A DNA stretch of 64,000 bases, taken from assembly GCA_045646605.1 (NCBI GenBank), contig JAZRLA010000015.1, positions 137,054 through 201,053 of the forward strand, in the 5' to 3' direction. This stretch comes from Candidatus Enterousia sp. GTDB lineage: Bacteria > Pseudomonadota > Alphaproteobacteria > Rs-D84. Shown in pieces: positions 19,069 to 28,380 of this stretch. The position numbers and the translations under genes are program-made. How positions within the stretch are numbered: the stretch's first letter is position 1; each line of letters opens with the position of its first letter. The notes under the pieces are model-generated. The model saw nothing but the letters and a program-made list of their open reading frames with translations. It was not told the origin of the DNA and did no database searches.

Positions 19069-19144
19069 GGGGTTGTAGCTCAGTTGGTAGAGCACTTGCA
19101 TGGCATGCAAGGGGTCGTCGGTTCGAGTCCGATCAGCTCCACCA
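19069..19144 (+). tRNA. tRNA-Ala (GGC)
   Basis: Cloverleaf with anticodon loop ATGGCAT, G3:U70 alanine identity pair, CCA encoded. Confidence 0.9.
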
Positions 19145-19150
19145 AAAATT

Positions 19151-19179
19151 CAAACCGCCGTTCGGCGGTTTTAATTTTT
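19151..19179 (+). terminator. rho-independent terminator after tRNA-Ala
   Basis: Hairpin AACCGCC-GTTC-GGCGGTT followed by a T run. Confidence 0.6.
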
Positions 19180-19265
19180 GCCGCGATCAGACGGATTTTT
19201 ACAAACGCAGTGCAGTAAAAATAAATTGCGAACGCAATTTGTCGTCACCCCGGCGCAGGCCGAGG

Positions 19266-19281
19266 CCGATCAGCTCCACCA
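19266..19281 (+). repeat. 16-bp direct copy of the tRNA-Ala 3' end (att-like)
   Basis: CCGATCAGCTCCACCA is identical to tRNA positions 19129-19144. Confidence 0.7.
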
Positions 19282-19433
19282 TCCGTCTTCGCTTCGCTCC
19301 GTCGCGATTGGTACAATCGGGCGGGGCGATGTGATTTTAATCACGCGAAGCGGATGTCGCGACGGAGCATACAAAGTATGCGTAGACGGACAAAGTCGCG
19401 AAGTAGCGTAAGCGCAGACGGACGGACAATAAA

Positions 19434-19673
19434 ATGTATTATGTATATATTTTGCAAAGTATAGATTCCCCAGATAAATTTTATATCGGATATACCGAAG
19501 ATTTGAAACGTCGTATGAAACAACATAATTACGAACATTTCGGACATACAGAAAAATATCGTCCGTGGCGACTGAAAGATTATTTTGCTATTGATAATGA
19601 AAATAAAGCAAAAAAATTTGAACAATATCTAAAATCTCAATGTGGTCGAGAATTTATAAAAAAACATTTTTAA
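19434..19673 (+). CDS. small stand-alone GIY-YIG nuclease family protein
   Basis: 'YYVYILQS...KFYIGYTEDLKRR' matches the GIY-YIG motif. 79 aa. Confidence 0.7.
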   Translation: MYYVYILQSIDSPDKFYIGYTEDLKRRMKQHNYEHFGHTEKYRPWRLKDYFAIDNENKAKKFEQYLKSQCGREFIKKHF

Positions 19674-19693
19674 TCGTACACGTCCAATGTCTT

Positions 19694-19936
19694 TTACAAC
19701 AACCCTTCGAAAAATCTTAAGATTTCGCGATTGTTAAAATCCAGCGCGCGCAGGATCCGTACCAAATCTATAATATCCAACCGACGTTCGCATGTTTCCG
19801 CACGCCCGACAAAGCAATGCGCAACCCCCAACTTTTTCGCCAAATCGCGTTGGGTTAAACCCTGTTGCATACGCAAAGATTTTAACGAATCTATCATCGC
19901 GCGATATTTTGGGTCAAAAATTGTTTTCCTGGTCAT
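19694..19936 (-). CDS. XRE-family HTH transcriptional regulator
   Basis: 'LRMQQGLTQRDLAKKLGVAHCFVGRAE' HTH. Confidence 0.6.
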   Translation of the reverse strand: MTRKTIFDPKYRAMIDSLKSLRMQQGLTQRDLAKKLGVAHCFVGRAETCERRLDIIDLVRILRALDFNNREILRFFEGLL

Positions 19937-20018
19937 GATATCATTTTGATATCAAAAAATACTTGAACTCAAATTGAGAACAAAGTAGAATGTTTTCCGG
20001 AAAAAGAGAGATAAAATT

Positions 20019-20771
20019 ATGAAAAAATTTATTATATTTTGCACATTCTTGTTTTGCACCGCCGCAATTGCACATACAATAAATTGGTATGTTGATGGTT
20101 CGTTATATCACACAACAACTTGCAATTCCGGCGACAGCGTAACACCACCAACCCCACCGACAAAATATGGGTACACTTTCCGTGAGTGGGAAGGATATAC
20201 GCAATTGGAATATATCGAAACTACTGGAACCCAGTATATTGATACTGGGATTTATCCAAACGGTTTAATAAGAATGACAGCTAAAATAGAAACTTTAAGA
20301 GCAGGAACAGAAATCTCCGCGTTTTCAGGTGTTATTCATAGCGGGTTTACAGGAGTATGGCAAGTTGTTTATTCTTATCAAGGAGGCGTAGATTTTAATG
20401 TTTCACAACAAGAAATAGTCTTTTCTCAATCATATGTAGGTATTCAGGATTTTGATATAGATCAAATAAACAAAACAATTATATGTAACGGTATCACTAA
20501 ATATATGACAGAAACACCAGTTGCTGTGGAACCTGGCCATTCTAATATTCCCTTGGGCAGATACCAATATGAAATCGGTCCAGGACCGAGCAATTTTTGG
20601 TATGGAAAAATATATTTTACCAAATTATATGACAACAACATCCTTGTCAGAGATATGATTCCCGTTCTTGATAAAAATGGTACACCATGTATGTACGACA
20701 AAGTTAGTAACACTTTTTTTTATAATGCGGGAACTGGTGACTTTATTGCGGGGCCGGCGGTTAGTGAATAA
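20019..20771 (+). CDS. secreted hypothetical protein
   Basis: Signal peptide present. Shares the 'TCNSGD' motif with the next ORF. Confidence 0.4.
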   Translation: MKKFIIFCTFLFCTAAIAHTINWYVDGSLYHTTTCNSGDSVTPPTPPTKYGYTFREWEGYTQLEYIETTGTQYIDTGIYPNGLIRMTAKIETLRAGTEISAFSGVIHSGFTGVWQVVYSYQGGVDFNVSQQEIVFSQSYVGIQDFDIDQINKTIICNGITKYMTETPVAVEPGHSNIPLGRYQYEIGPGPSNFWYGKIYFTKLYDNNILVRDMIPVLDKNGTPCMYDKVSNTFFYNAGTGDFIAGPAVSE

Positions 20772-21496
20772 TGAAAAAAGTTTTTGCTTCTTTATTATTT
20801 GTTTTGACTGCAAATGCCACATTCGCGGCATTCATGTGCGACGATGCAACAAATTATAAGGCAATATATGATATAAATTCTTATACTTGTAATTCGGGTG
20901 ATTTTTTACCGGCAAATTATGATAATGGGTGTGTTACCTGTCCGGCAAATGCAACATGTAATGGCGGAACATTTGTTTTTAATCCAAACAGTTTTCAAGG
21001 ATTAAACATAGGTAATAGTATAACAGGTGCAACAATGAATAATGTATGCGCGGATAATTTACAACCTAGTTGGCGGGCAATTTATATCCCAAATCAACAC
21101 ACATGCGCACCCGGATATTATATGCCGGCGAATACAGACGGTTGTGTTGTGTGTCCCGAAAATTCATACTGCGCTGGTGGAACATATACATTTAATGAAA
21201 CAACCGCCCAGGGCATAGTTGCGTGCGCATCGGGCCTGTTTGCGCCGACGGGAATGTGGGAACCCGAACAATGTGGCCGTGTATTGCACGTGGACAATGA
21301 TGTTATTTACCTGCGTTCAACAAAAAAGACCACACATGCGATACACTTTGATATGAACCATGATGGAACCGCGGATTATTTTGCAAATATGACAACGGCG
21401 GCCGTTCCAATGCATGCTGGTTCAACGCGCAAACTAAAGGTGCAATTTGGCGGGCAAACATATTCCGTCCATGATGATACAGTGACGGTTCCGTAA
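20771..21496 (+). CDS. secreted Cys-rich repeat protein (furin/ephrin-receptor-like Cys-rich repeats)
   Basis: Signal peptide. Two copies of a C..G.Y.PAN.DGCV.CP.N..C.GGT..FN module. Confidence 0.45.
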   Translation: MKKVFASLLFVLTANATFAAFMCDDATNYKAIYDINSYTCNSGDFLPANYDNGCVTCPANATCNGGTFVFNPNSFQGLNIGNSITGATMNNVCADNLQPSWRAIYIPNQHTCAPGYYMPANTDGCVVCPENSYCAGGTYTFNETTAQGIVACASGLFAPTGMWEPEQCGRVLHVDNDVIYLRSTKKTTHAIHFDMNHDGTADYFANMTTAAVPMHAGSTRKLKVQFGGQTYSVHDDTVTVP

Positions 21497-21547
21497 TATC
21501 TTTACTAACAACTTGCCTTTCGCTACTTTCTGTCCTATACTCAACCT

Positions 21548-22150
21548 ATGCTCTATATCATGCGACATGGCGAAACCGATTGGAATCTTGAAAATAAAAT
21601 TCAAGGTCAAAGCGATGTGCCACTAAATGATGCCGGACGAACCCAGGCATATGAAATGTCAAAAAAACTGTCGCGTTTTAATCCGGAATATATTATTTCA
21701 TCTGATTTGTCGCGGGCGGCGGAAACCGCGCAAATCATCGGCGATAATTTGAATCTGCGGGTCAAATACGATACGCGATTGCGTGAATATAATTTCGGAA
21801 TTTTGACCGGGCTAACCAGGGCTGAGCTGTCCCCACAAACGGTGGAATTATTCTTTATGAACCCAACAAAATTTGATGCCGAACCATTATGTGATGCCTT
21901 TGCGCGTGTTGGTGATTTTCTAAAAACTTATGACTATAACCCGCACAGCGCGGTTGTAACACACGGTGGTGTTATAAATTTTATGTTGTGTTATTTGGAA
22001 GACGACCATAACATCCATCCACATGCATATCTACAAAAATGCCTTTATACAAAAATCAATAATGCGGCGATATTGCGCATCAAAAATTTGGAATCGGGTA
22101 TATCGATACTTAAAAACAAAAGATTTTTTAAATTGCAAAGTTCGAAGTGA
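21548..22150 (+). CDS. histidine phosphatase family protein (phosphoglycerate mutase-like)
   Basis: 'IMRHGETDWN' RHG catalytic motif. Confidence 0.65.
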   Translation: MLYIMRHGETDWNLENKIQGQSDVPLNDAGRTQAYEMSKKLSRFNPEYIISSDLSRAAETAQIIGDNLNLRVKYDTRLREYNFGILTGLTRAELSPQTVELFFMNPTKFDAEPLCDAFARVGDFLKTYDYNPHSAVVTHGGVINFMLCYLEDDHNIHPHAYLQKCLYTKINNAAILRIKNLESGISILKNKRFFKLQSSK

Positions 22151-23074
22151 TTACATAACAAGCTGCATTGTATAAACCACATACGCAATCAGAAACAGAA
22201 TCCCCCCCACGCGCGACAACCGTGAATTTTTTGCTACAAAAATCATCAGCATAATAACCGCCAATAACGCGACCAGCCCGTCAATCACAAACGCACGTTC
22301 AAAGGGCAGGGGGCTTATCGCCGCCGTCGCACCAAGGACAAACAAAATATTGAAAATATTTGACCCAACGATATTCCCGACCGCCATATCGTATTCGCGC
22401 TTTATCGCCGCGGCAACACAGACGACAAGTTCGGGCAAACTGGTCCCCAATGCCACCAGTGTGAGACCGATTACGCGTTCCGACACGCCCAATCGCGTTG
22501 CAACATCCGTCGCGGAATCAACCGTTAGGTTGCTGCCGATAATCAATGCGGCGATGCCTGCAACAATCATAACGATTGTTTCAATCATCGGGATTTTTTT
22601 ATATTCCGCCACCGGTTCGTTTGATTTCTTGGCGATAATGATGGTGTAAATTATAAAACCAACAAACAATGTTAAAAACACCGCCGCCGCCCCGCGCGAA
22701 ATTTCCCCGAACCAAAAACCAATCAAACACAGCAACAAAGTTATGATCCCAACAAACGGCAATTCATAAAACTTGGTATTTTTACGAATTGGTAATGCGG
22801 CGATAACCGCGGTAAGGCCAAGTATAAGGAAAATGTTTGTGATATTGCTGCCGATGATATTCCCAATGGACACACCGTCCGACCCGGCGATTGCGGCGGT
22901 AATACTGATTGCGGCCTCTGGCGCACTGGTGCCGATGGCGACAAGTGTTGTGCCAATAACAATCGGCGGAATATCAAAACGTCGTGCAATACTTACCGCG
23001 CCATCAACAAAAGTATCCGCACCGCGTACCAATAACACAAAACCGACAATTAATAAAACAAGTAATATCAACAT
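22151..23074 (-). CDS. Ca2+/Na+ antiporter, CaCA family (YrbG-like)
   Basis: Two alpha-repeats: 'GTSAPEAAISI...GNIIGSNITNIF' and 'GTSLPELVVCV...GNIVGSNIFNIL'. Confidence 0.75.
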   Translation of the reverse strand: MLILLVLLIVGFVLLVRGADTFVDGAVSIARRFDIPPIVIGTTLVAIGTSAPEAAISITAAIAGSDGVSIGNIIGSNITNIFLILGLTAVIAALPIRKNTKFYELPFVGIITLLLCLIGFWFGEISRGAAAVFLTLFVGFIIYTIIIAKKSNEPVAEYKKIPMIETIVMIVAGIAALIIGSNLTVDSATDVATRLGVSERVIGLTLVALGTSLPELVVCVAAAIKREYDMAVGNIVGSNIFNILFVLGATAAISPLPFERAFVIDGLVALLAVIMLMIFVAKNSRLSRVGGILFLIAYVVYTMQLVM

Positions 23075-23085
23075 ATGAAATATAT

Positions 23086-23125
23086 TATCACAAAAAGACT
23101 TTTCTTAGAACAACTTTTGTGATAA
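23086..23125. promoter_or_regulatory. perfect 12-bp inverted repeat (operator-like) in the divergent promoter region
   Basis: TTATCACAAAAG, 16-nt spacer, CTTTTGTGATAA. Lies between the antiporter start (23074) and the giant gene start (23163). Confidence 0.4.
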
Positions 23126-23162
23126 AATTGTAAAAAACTTAAATCAAAGGGAGATTTTTATT

Positions 23163-26100
23163 ATGCCGACGAATGAAAAATTAAACGAAAATACCAAGAT
23201 TTATGACAAAAATGTTGCCCGTTTTGCTAAGCGAATTGCCGCGGCTTATGGTGACGCCAAGGTTCGTCTTTTGGCTTCGCGCGATGTTCGTCGTGCGGTC
23301 CTTTTGCGCGATATTGATGCCATAAATAATGTTATTGCCAAGGTTCCACAAATGTCGGCGGGACTACGTTTGGATTTTTGCGATGCCTTTGTTGGTGAAG
23401 ATATGTCGGGACTGGATTTAGCCACACCGGCAATTTTGGCGGATGCGTATCGCGCCATTTCCGCGCGTGTCAAAGAAGGGGATGCAAAACAGCAAGAACG
23501 TCTTGATAAAATTGCGGCGCGTATCGACGATTTATCCGCGGATTTTGCAAATTCTGGCGGCATGGTGGTAAGCCAAAATGAATGGCCATTGGTTGATATG
23601 TCGAATATTGCCAATATTTATGAAGGTTTCGGCAATATGCTTGATGCACGTATCGTGGATGTGGACGTGGATAAAAATCCAGAAAAAGTCGCAGAAATGC
23701 AGGCAAACAAAAAACAGATAGAAACGGTTGTTTCGGATTATGATGGGTCTTGGGGGCTTGGAAAGTTGCGCGCCGAAGATGCACCAAAATTGGCGGACCG
23801 TTGGGACGAAATTTATGCCATGTTGAACCGTGCAAAAATCTTTGATGAAACCAAGGAAAAAACCGCAAAATGTAAGTTTTTGGATGCCCGTGGTAATATT
23901 ATTCCGCAGTTCAAGTCTAATAAACGTGGCGACACGAAAAGATATGAAGAATACGATGTTGGGTTCGATATTGCCAAAGATGGTCGACTTGCATCCATTG
24001 TTGAACTTGCGCGTCATAATGTCGCAAAAAGACACGTTGCAAATTTTGATGACAAAATCGATGAAGATACGCTTGAATCTGAATTAAACGAAGAAATTTT
24101 GAGTGTTTTATATGAGGTTTACGCCGCAGACCAAGTTGCCCAGGATGCAACCAAAACCCCAGAACAATTTTCTGACCCTGAATTTCGTGCGGAATTTATG
24201 ACCGCCCTTAATGAAATGGGTAAAGAAATTTCAGATAATGGATATAACGTCGCAATTGAAACACAAACCGATGCAACCGTTGGGTGGGCAGCGCGTATTA
24301 AAAGCAAATTAGGTGCGGCGACCAAGAAACTCGATGGATTGTGGACGCGTGCTAATCGGCCACTTGATAGAATTGATGATATGGCGGATGTTCGTATGTC
24401 GCGCGGGGCGGTTGCGCGTCGTAAAAAACGTCGTGAATTTTGTTGGCGTATTTTAAAGGGTTTTAACAGTTCGTTTATCGTAAGTGCGCTTATTACGGTG
24501 ATTGCAGCCGCGGCGGCGGCAAGGTTGGGCGTGTCACTTGCGTCGGGACTTGCCATGATTGGCGGCGGCCTTGCGCTTGGGATGATTGGTTTCCAAGTTG
24601 CGCGTTGGATTAAAAATCAAAAAAAGAATAATTTACCGGTCAGTTTAGAGGAGTTTTTCAAGGATAAACAGTTGGTACGTTCAATTGTGACCAGTGCGCT
24701 TGCAATTGCGGCCATGGGACTTGGTGCGGCTGGATTGGGTGCCGCCGCAATGACCGTTGGTGTTGGTGCGGCGTTACTTGGCGCATACAATAATGGACGC
24801 GGTGTATTCGAAGCGGCGCGTGATGTTAAAATGTCGCACCGTCAAAGAATCGCATGGGCGATTGCGAATGCCGGATCGGTCATTGCGGGTGCGCTTGGCG
24901 GCGGTTATGTTGGACGCGGATTGGTCAGTATGTTTAACCGTTTGTATCCGGGTAACACATTTTTCCAAAATAAAGAAACAGTTGAAGGACCAAAGCGCAA
25001 GGTTTCTGACGAAATCACGCACGAAAGGACAACCAGACATTATACAGATGATATGTTAAGAAGCGCCAAGGATGCCGTGGAAGATTGGTACGCGCACGAT
25101 TATCCAAATCATCCGGAAATATTGCAACAGGATATTGATGCCGTAAATCAGTACAATGCGGACCATGATACCAACCTTGATCCATATCGTATATTGCGCG
25201 CAATGAAAACATCGCAACCATCACGTTTGGTATATACCGAGGGTTGGACCAATGCACATAACATTTCCCAAGAAACAATTGCTCAGGCCGCAAATGCGGT
25301 TGGTGGTGGAACCTATAATCCCGCGGGCATAGAATCCGCACGTTTGATAGATGCAAATATGGGTACCCAAGGCGAAGTGGGCCCGGTTGGGGATTTTACA
25401 AATAAAACCTATTCACCGATTACGGAATTACCAACCGACAAAATCGAAACCGTTGTTGATCAACCGGCGGTTTACGAGCAAACATATAACGATACATACA
25501 AACCTGTTGATGTAAAGCCTGGATATGGCGCATTCGGAAATTACACGCCACGTGAACGCATTAATGATCGTATTGCTTCTTTCCTTGATCGTGTGCGTCG
25601 TGGTCGGCGTGCGGAATCAAAACCGACGTTGGAACCAAAACCGACATATGTTCCGCCAATTACCAGCATAAAAGAACCCGCAGACAAAAAATTACAAGGT
25701 TTTGAATCGGATACAAAAGATAAAAAGCCGACATATGTTCCGCCAATTACCCACATAAAAGAACATGCAGACAAAAAATTACCGGATATATCACTTGATC
25801 GTGTGTTTCCGAAACCGGCTTTTGACGATACCGAAGGGCACCTGCGTCGCATACGTGATGCATACCGGGATTTAAAAACCCAAGATGTACCTGTGGCCCC
25901 CGAAAAAACGGACGTCGCACCAAAACGTACGTCTGTTTTGGCGGTGACATACGCGCGTGCAAAAAAATGGGACGAATTGCATGACAAATTGGACGAAGTC
26001 AGGAATAAAATAATGAATTCTGCGCTTGGTGCGGCAAAAAGTGCGGAACTTAGGGCCCAAGAAAAGAATATTATCCACAAAATAGAACATTTATATAATT

Positions 26101-28262
26101 ATTTTGGACGGCCGTCTATGGATGAACTTGGCGCTGCACTTGCCAATGCGTATCGCCGTGAATATGTATATCATATGCGTGCAAAACCCGATGAAAAACA
26201 TTCTTCGCACAAGACGGTTCGTGATTGGAATGAAAAACACGAACGTTTGTTGAAAAAAATGGAATTGTATGGTTGGGATGAACCTTTGGACGGCGAAAAT
26301 CTTGATTTTGCCGCTCCAGTTATGGGCGTTCAGGCGCAAAAACAGGTTGTTCGTGGCCAAAAATATGAACAAGAACGTTTGCAACGTGAAGAGGCCGAAC
26401 AACAGAAAGTAAAAAATTTACGTTTGCCGGTCTTGATGTACAGACCTGAAAAAAAGAAAAATAGAAGATTTCATAAACCCTTTGAACAGGAAAAACCCAT
26501 AATTTTGGCGGACCTTGGGACGGCACTTGAAAATGTCCAGGCAAAGGATGGACAACAAGTTGGTGATAGAAAATATTTTGTTCCAGATGCCCTTAGAAAT
26601 TTGGCCGGAAACAAAAATTTGTTCACAGAACCGCTGATTGAAATACGCGGTGTGCCGGTTAACCTTATCGATTTAACGGGGCAGAATAACCCAATTACAC
26701 AAAGTGAAAATCGCGTAATGGTTATGGTAGATGTTGATGGATTGCGGATGCCGTTCTTCCTTGCCAATGGCGATGAAAAGTTTGAAAATATTAAACCCGG
26801 GAAATGGTATCCGGCATTCGATTTATCGCGTGACGGTTCGTGGCGTTTTTGGAAAACGGCGGAATACCTTGATTCGAAAAGAGGTGAAACATCCGAGAAA
26901 ATTGATGAGATATCCAAAACATTGAACGAAGTTATTGGTGATATAAGGAATTACAGGGATACCAAGGCAACAACCGAAAATGAAATACGCGGATTTGATG
27001 GTTTTGTCGGCGGTGTGGACGCCTTTGACCGTGTTGATCCCGATATCATAGTAAATATGACCGAACATCAACCAAATGATTTGGGCAAATATATGTATTG
27101 GTTAAGTTTGGGGGACAAAATGACGGGTGCGTATGTGCCATATATAAAATGGTATTTTGAAAATATTAAATCACCCGATTATGCCCCAGAAGAAAAAAAT
27201 TGGCTTGATGAAATAATTGAAAAACATCAGGACACCGTGCAAAACGTCAAGAGCACCGCCAAGAACGTCGTGCAAAACGTCAAGAGCACCGCCAAGAACG
27301 TTGTGCAAAACGTCAAGAACACTGTCCAGGAACGTCGTGAAAAACGTCAAGAACGCCGCCAAGAACGTCGCGAAAACCGTTCCGGCATTATATCAAATGC
27401 GGATGTCGAAAACGTGTTACCCGGGGACATGATGCTACCGGTTTCTGAACCTGTTCAAAAACCGATTGAAAAACACATTGATGAACCAAAGCCGGTTGAG
27501 CCGGTGGTTGCGCAAAACGGCCTTGGAACGGTGCTTGAAACCGCAATTTACAAAAATGAACACGACACTGGTGGTGAACACAAAGTGCCCGAATCTTTGA
27601 TCGATTTGGCACGTCGGCCGGATATTTTTTCCACGCCAATTACGACCATACGTGGTGTACCGGTGAAATTGGTTGATATCACGGGACACAATAACCCATT
27701 CACCCAAAGTGAAAATCGCGCAATGGTTATTGTCGATGTTAATGGCCAACGTTTACCATTTTACCTTGCCAATGGGAACGAACGTGGTGTGACGGGGGTC
27801 GCGGGTGTTTGGCGACCGGTTTTGACCCTTGATCGTACCGGCCGGTGGTATATAAATTCAAATGATCATGTTGATTCCAAAGAGTTAAATACGATCATCA
27901 ACGCGTTGAATGAACACATCGGCGACATACGGAATTACAGGGATAAAACGGCCACACATACACGAATGGAAATAACAGGGGACAAGGAAAATTTTGTTGG
28001 TGGTGTTGATGCCATTGACCAGGTTGATCCAAACAAAATCTTGGATATCATAAGGGCGGGCAACACAACCAATGATGATGACATTATATGGTGGCCTTAT
28101 GGTGGGGGTGCATCGTGGCATGCAAAACCGGGTGCCGTTGCAAAGTTTTTACGTGGGGTAGAATCGCCCGATTATCGCCGATCAAGAGGTTTTCTGGAAA
28201 AGTTAGAGGAAGGATTAGGCCGGCGGTTTAAACGGTTTAATAGGGATAAAAAATACGAATAA
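23163..28262 (+). CDS. giant (1699 aa) multi-domain membrane protein with duplicated C-terminal domains
   Basis: Continuous ORF. TM cluster at about aa 430-590. Tandem repeats at protein and DNA level. Two paralogous modules of about 170 aa. Confidence 0.6.
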   Translation: MPTNEKLNENTKIYDKNVARFAKRIAAAYGDAKVRLLASRDVRRAVLLRDIDAINNVIAKVPQMSAGLRLDFCDAFVGEDMSGLDLATPAILADAYRAISARVKEGDAKQQERLDKIAARIDDLSADFANSGGMVVSQNEWPLVDMSNIANIYEGFGNMLDARIVDVDVDKNPEKVAEMQANKKQIETVVSDYDGSWGLGKLRAEDAPKLADRWDEIYAMLNRAKIFDETKEKTAKCKFLDARGNIIPQFKSNKRGDTKRYEEYDVGFDIAKDGRLASIVELARHNVAKRHVANFDDKIDEDTLESELNEEILSVLYEVYAADQVAQDATKTPEQFSDPEFRAEFMTALNEMGKEISDNGYNVAIETQTDATVGWAARIKSKLGAATKKLDGLWTRANRPLDRIDDMADVRMSRGAVARRKKRREFCWRILKGFNSSFIVSALITVIAAAAAARLGVSLASGLAMIGGGLALGMIGFQVARWIKNQKKNNLPVSLEEFFKDKQLVRSIVTSALAIAAMGLGAAGLGAAAMTVGVGAALLGAYNNGRGVFEAARDVKMSHRQRIAWAIANAGSVIAGALGGGYVGRGLVSMFNRLYPGNTFFQNKETVEGPKRKVSDEITHERTTRHYTDDMLRSAKDAVEDWYAHDYPNHPEILQQDIDAVNQYNADHDTNLDPYRILRAMKTSQPSRLVYTEGWTNAHNISQETIAQAANAVGGGTYNPAGIESARLIDANMGTQGEVGPVGDFTNKTYSPITELPTDKIETVVDQPAVYEQTYNDTYKPVDVKPGYGAFGNYTPRERINDRIASFLDRVRRGRRAESKPTLEPKPTYVPPITSIKEPADKKLQGFESDTKDKKPTYVPPITHIKEHADKKLPDISLDRVFPKPAFDDTEGHLRRIRDAYRDLKTQDVPVAPEKTDVAPKRTSVLAVTYARAKKWDELHDKLDEVRNKIMNSALGAAKSAELRAQEKNIIHKIEHLYNYFGRPSMDELGAALANAYRREYVYHMRAKPDEKHSSHKTVRDWNEKHERLLKKMELYGWDEPLDGENLDFAAPVMGVQAQKQVVRGQKYEQERLQREEAEQQKVKNLRLPVLMYRPEKKKNRRFHKPFEQEKPIILADLGTALENVQAKDGQQVGDRKYFVPDALRNLAGNKNLFTEPLIEIRGVPVNLIDLTGQNNPITQSENRVMVMVDVDGLRMPFFLANGDEKFENIKPGKWYPAFDLSRDGSWRFWKTAEYLDSKRGETSEKIDEISKTLNEVIGDIRNYRDTKATTENEIRGFDGFVGGVDAFDRVDPDIIVNMTEHQPNDLGKYMYWLSLGDKMTGAYVPYIKWYFENIKSPDYAPEEKNWLDEIIEKHQDTVQNVKSTAKNVVQNVKSTAKNVVQNVKNTVQERREKRQERRQERRENRSGIISNADVENVLPGDMMLPVSEPVQKPIEKHIDEPKPVEPVVAQNGLGTVLETAIYKNEHDTGGEHKVPESLIDLARRPDIFSTPITTIRGVPVKLVDITGHNNPFTQSENRAMVIVDVNGQRLPFYLANGNERGVTGVAGVWRPVLTLDRTGRWYINSNDHVDSKELNTIINALNEHIGDIRNYRDKTATHTRMEITGDKENFVGGVDAIDQVDPNKILDIIRAGNTTNDDDIIWWPYGGGASWHAKPGAVAKFLRGVESPDYRRSRGFLEKLEEGLGRRFKRFNRDKKYE

Positions 28263-28292
28263 AAATATGGGGCCCCGCCCCATATTTTTTGT
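28262..28292. terminator. bidirectional terminator (perfect palindrome)
   Basis: AAAAATATGGGGCCCCGCCCCATATTTTTT. Confidence 0.6.
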
Positions 28293-28296
28293 TCGT

Positions 28297-28340
28297 GGTT
28301 ACCCCACTAACCACTAACACTTGCACTAACCACTTTTTTA
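28297..28340. repeat. partial element A (right-arm CACTAACCAC repeats only)
   Basis: GGTTACCCCACTAACCACTAACACTTGCACTAACCAC. Confidence 0.5.
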
Positions 28341-28380
28341 TGTTTCTTATCGCAAAAATTTATGATATAATACGATTATC

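Noticed and set aside
19062-19334. 90-aa ORF overlapping tRNA-Ala(GGC) ('MIWGCSSVGRALAWHARGRRFESDQ...')
   Set aside because: It is a translation of the tRNA gene and its repeat region. Not a credible CDS.
23246-24035. Antisense ORFs inside large genes (for example 23246-23614, 23470-23868, 23532-24035; likewise 473-733, 3224-3841, 14841-15620, 52382-53288)
   Set aside because: They are fully embedded antisense to well-supported genes (the giant ORF, terminase, dnaB, bamA, alaS) and lack motifs. Typical spurious frames.
27238-27370. 33-bp perfect tandem repeats that look superficially like a CRISPR array
   Set aside because: The repeats are contiguous with no spacers and lie in frame inside the giant ORF, encoding VQNVKSTAKNV units. 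They are coding tandem repeats, not CRISPR.
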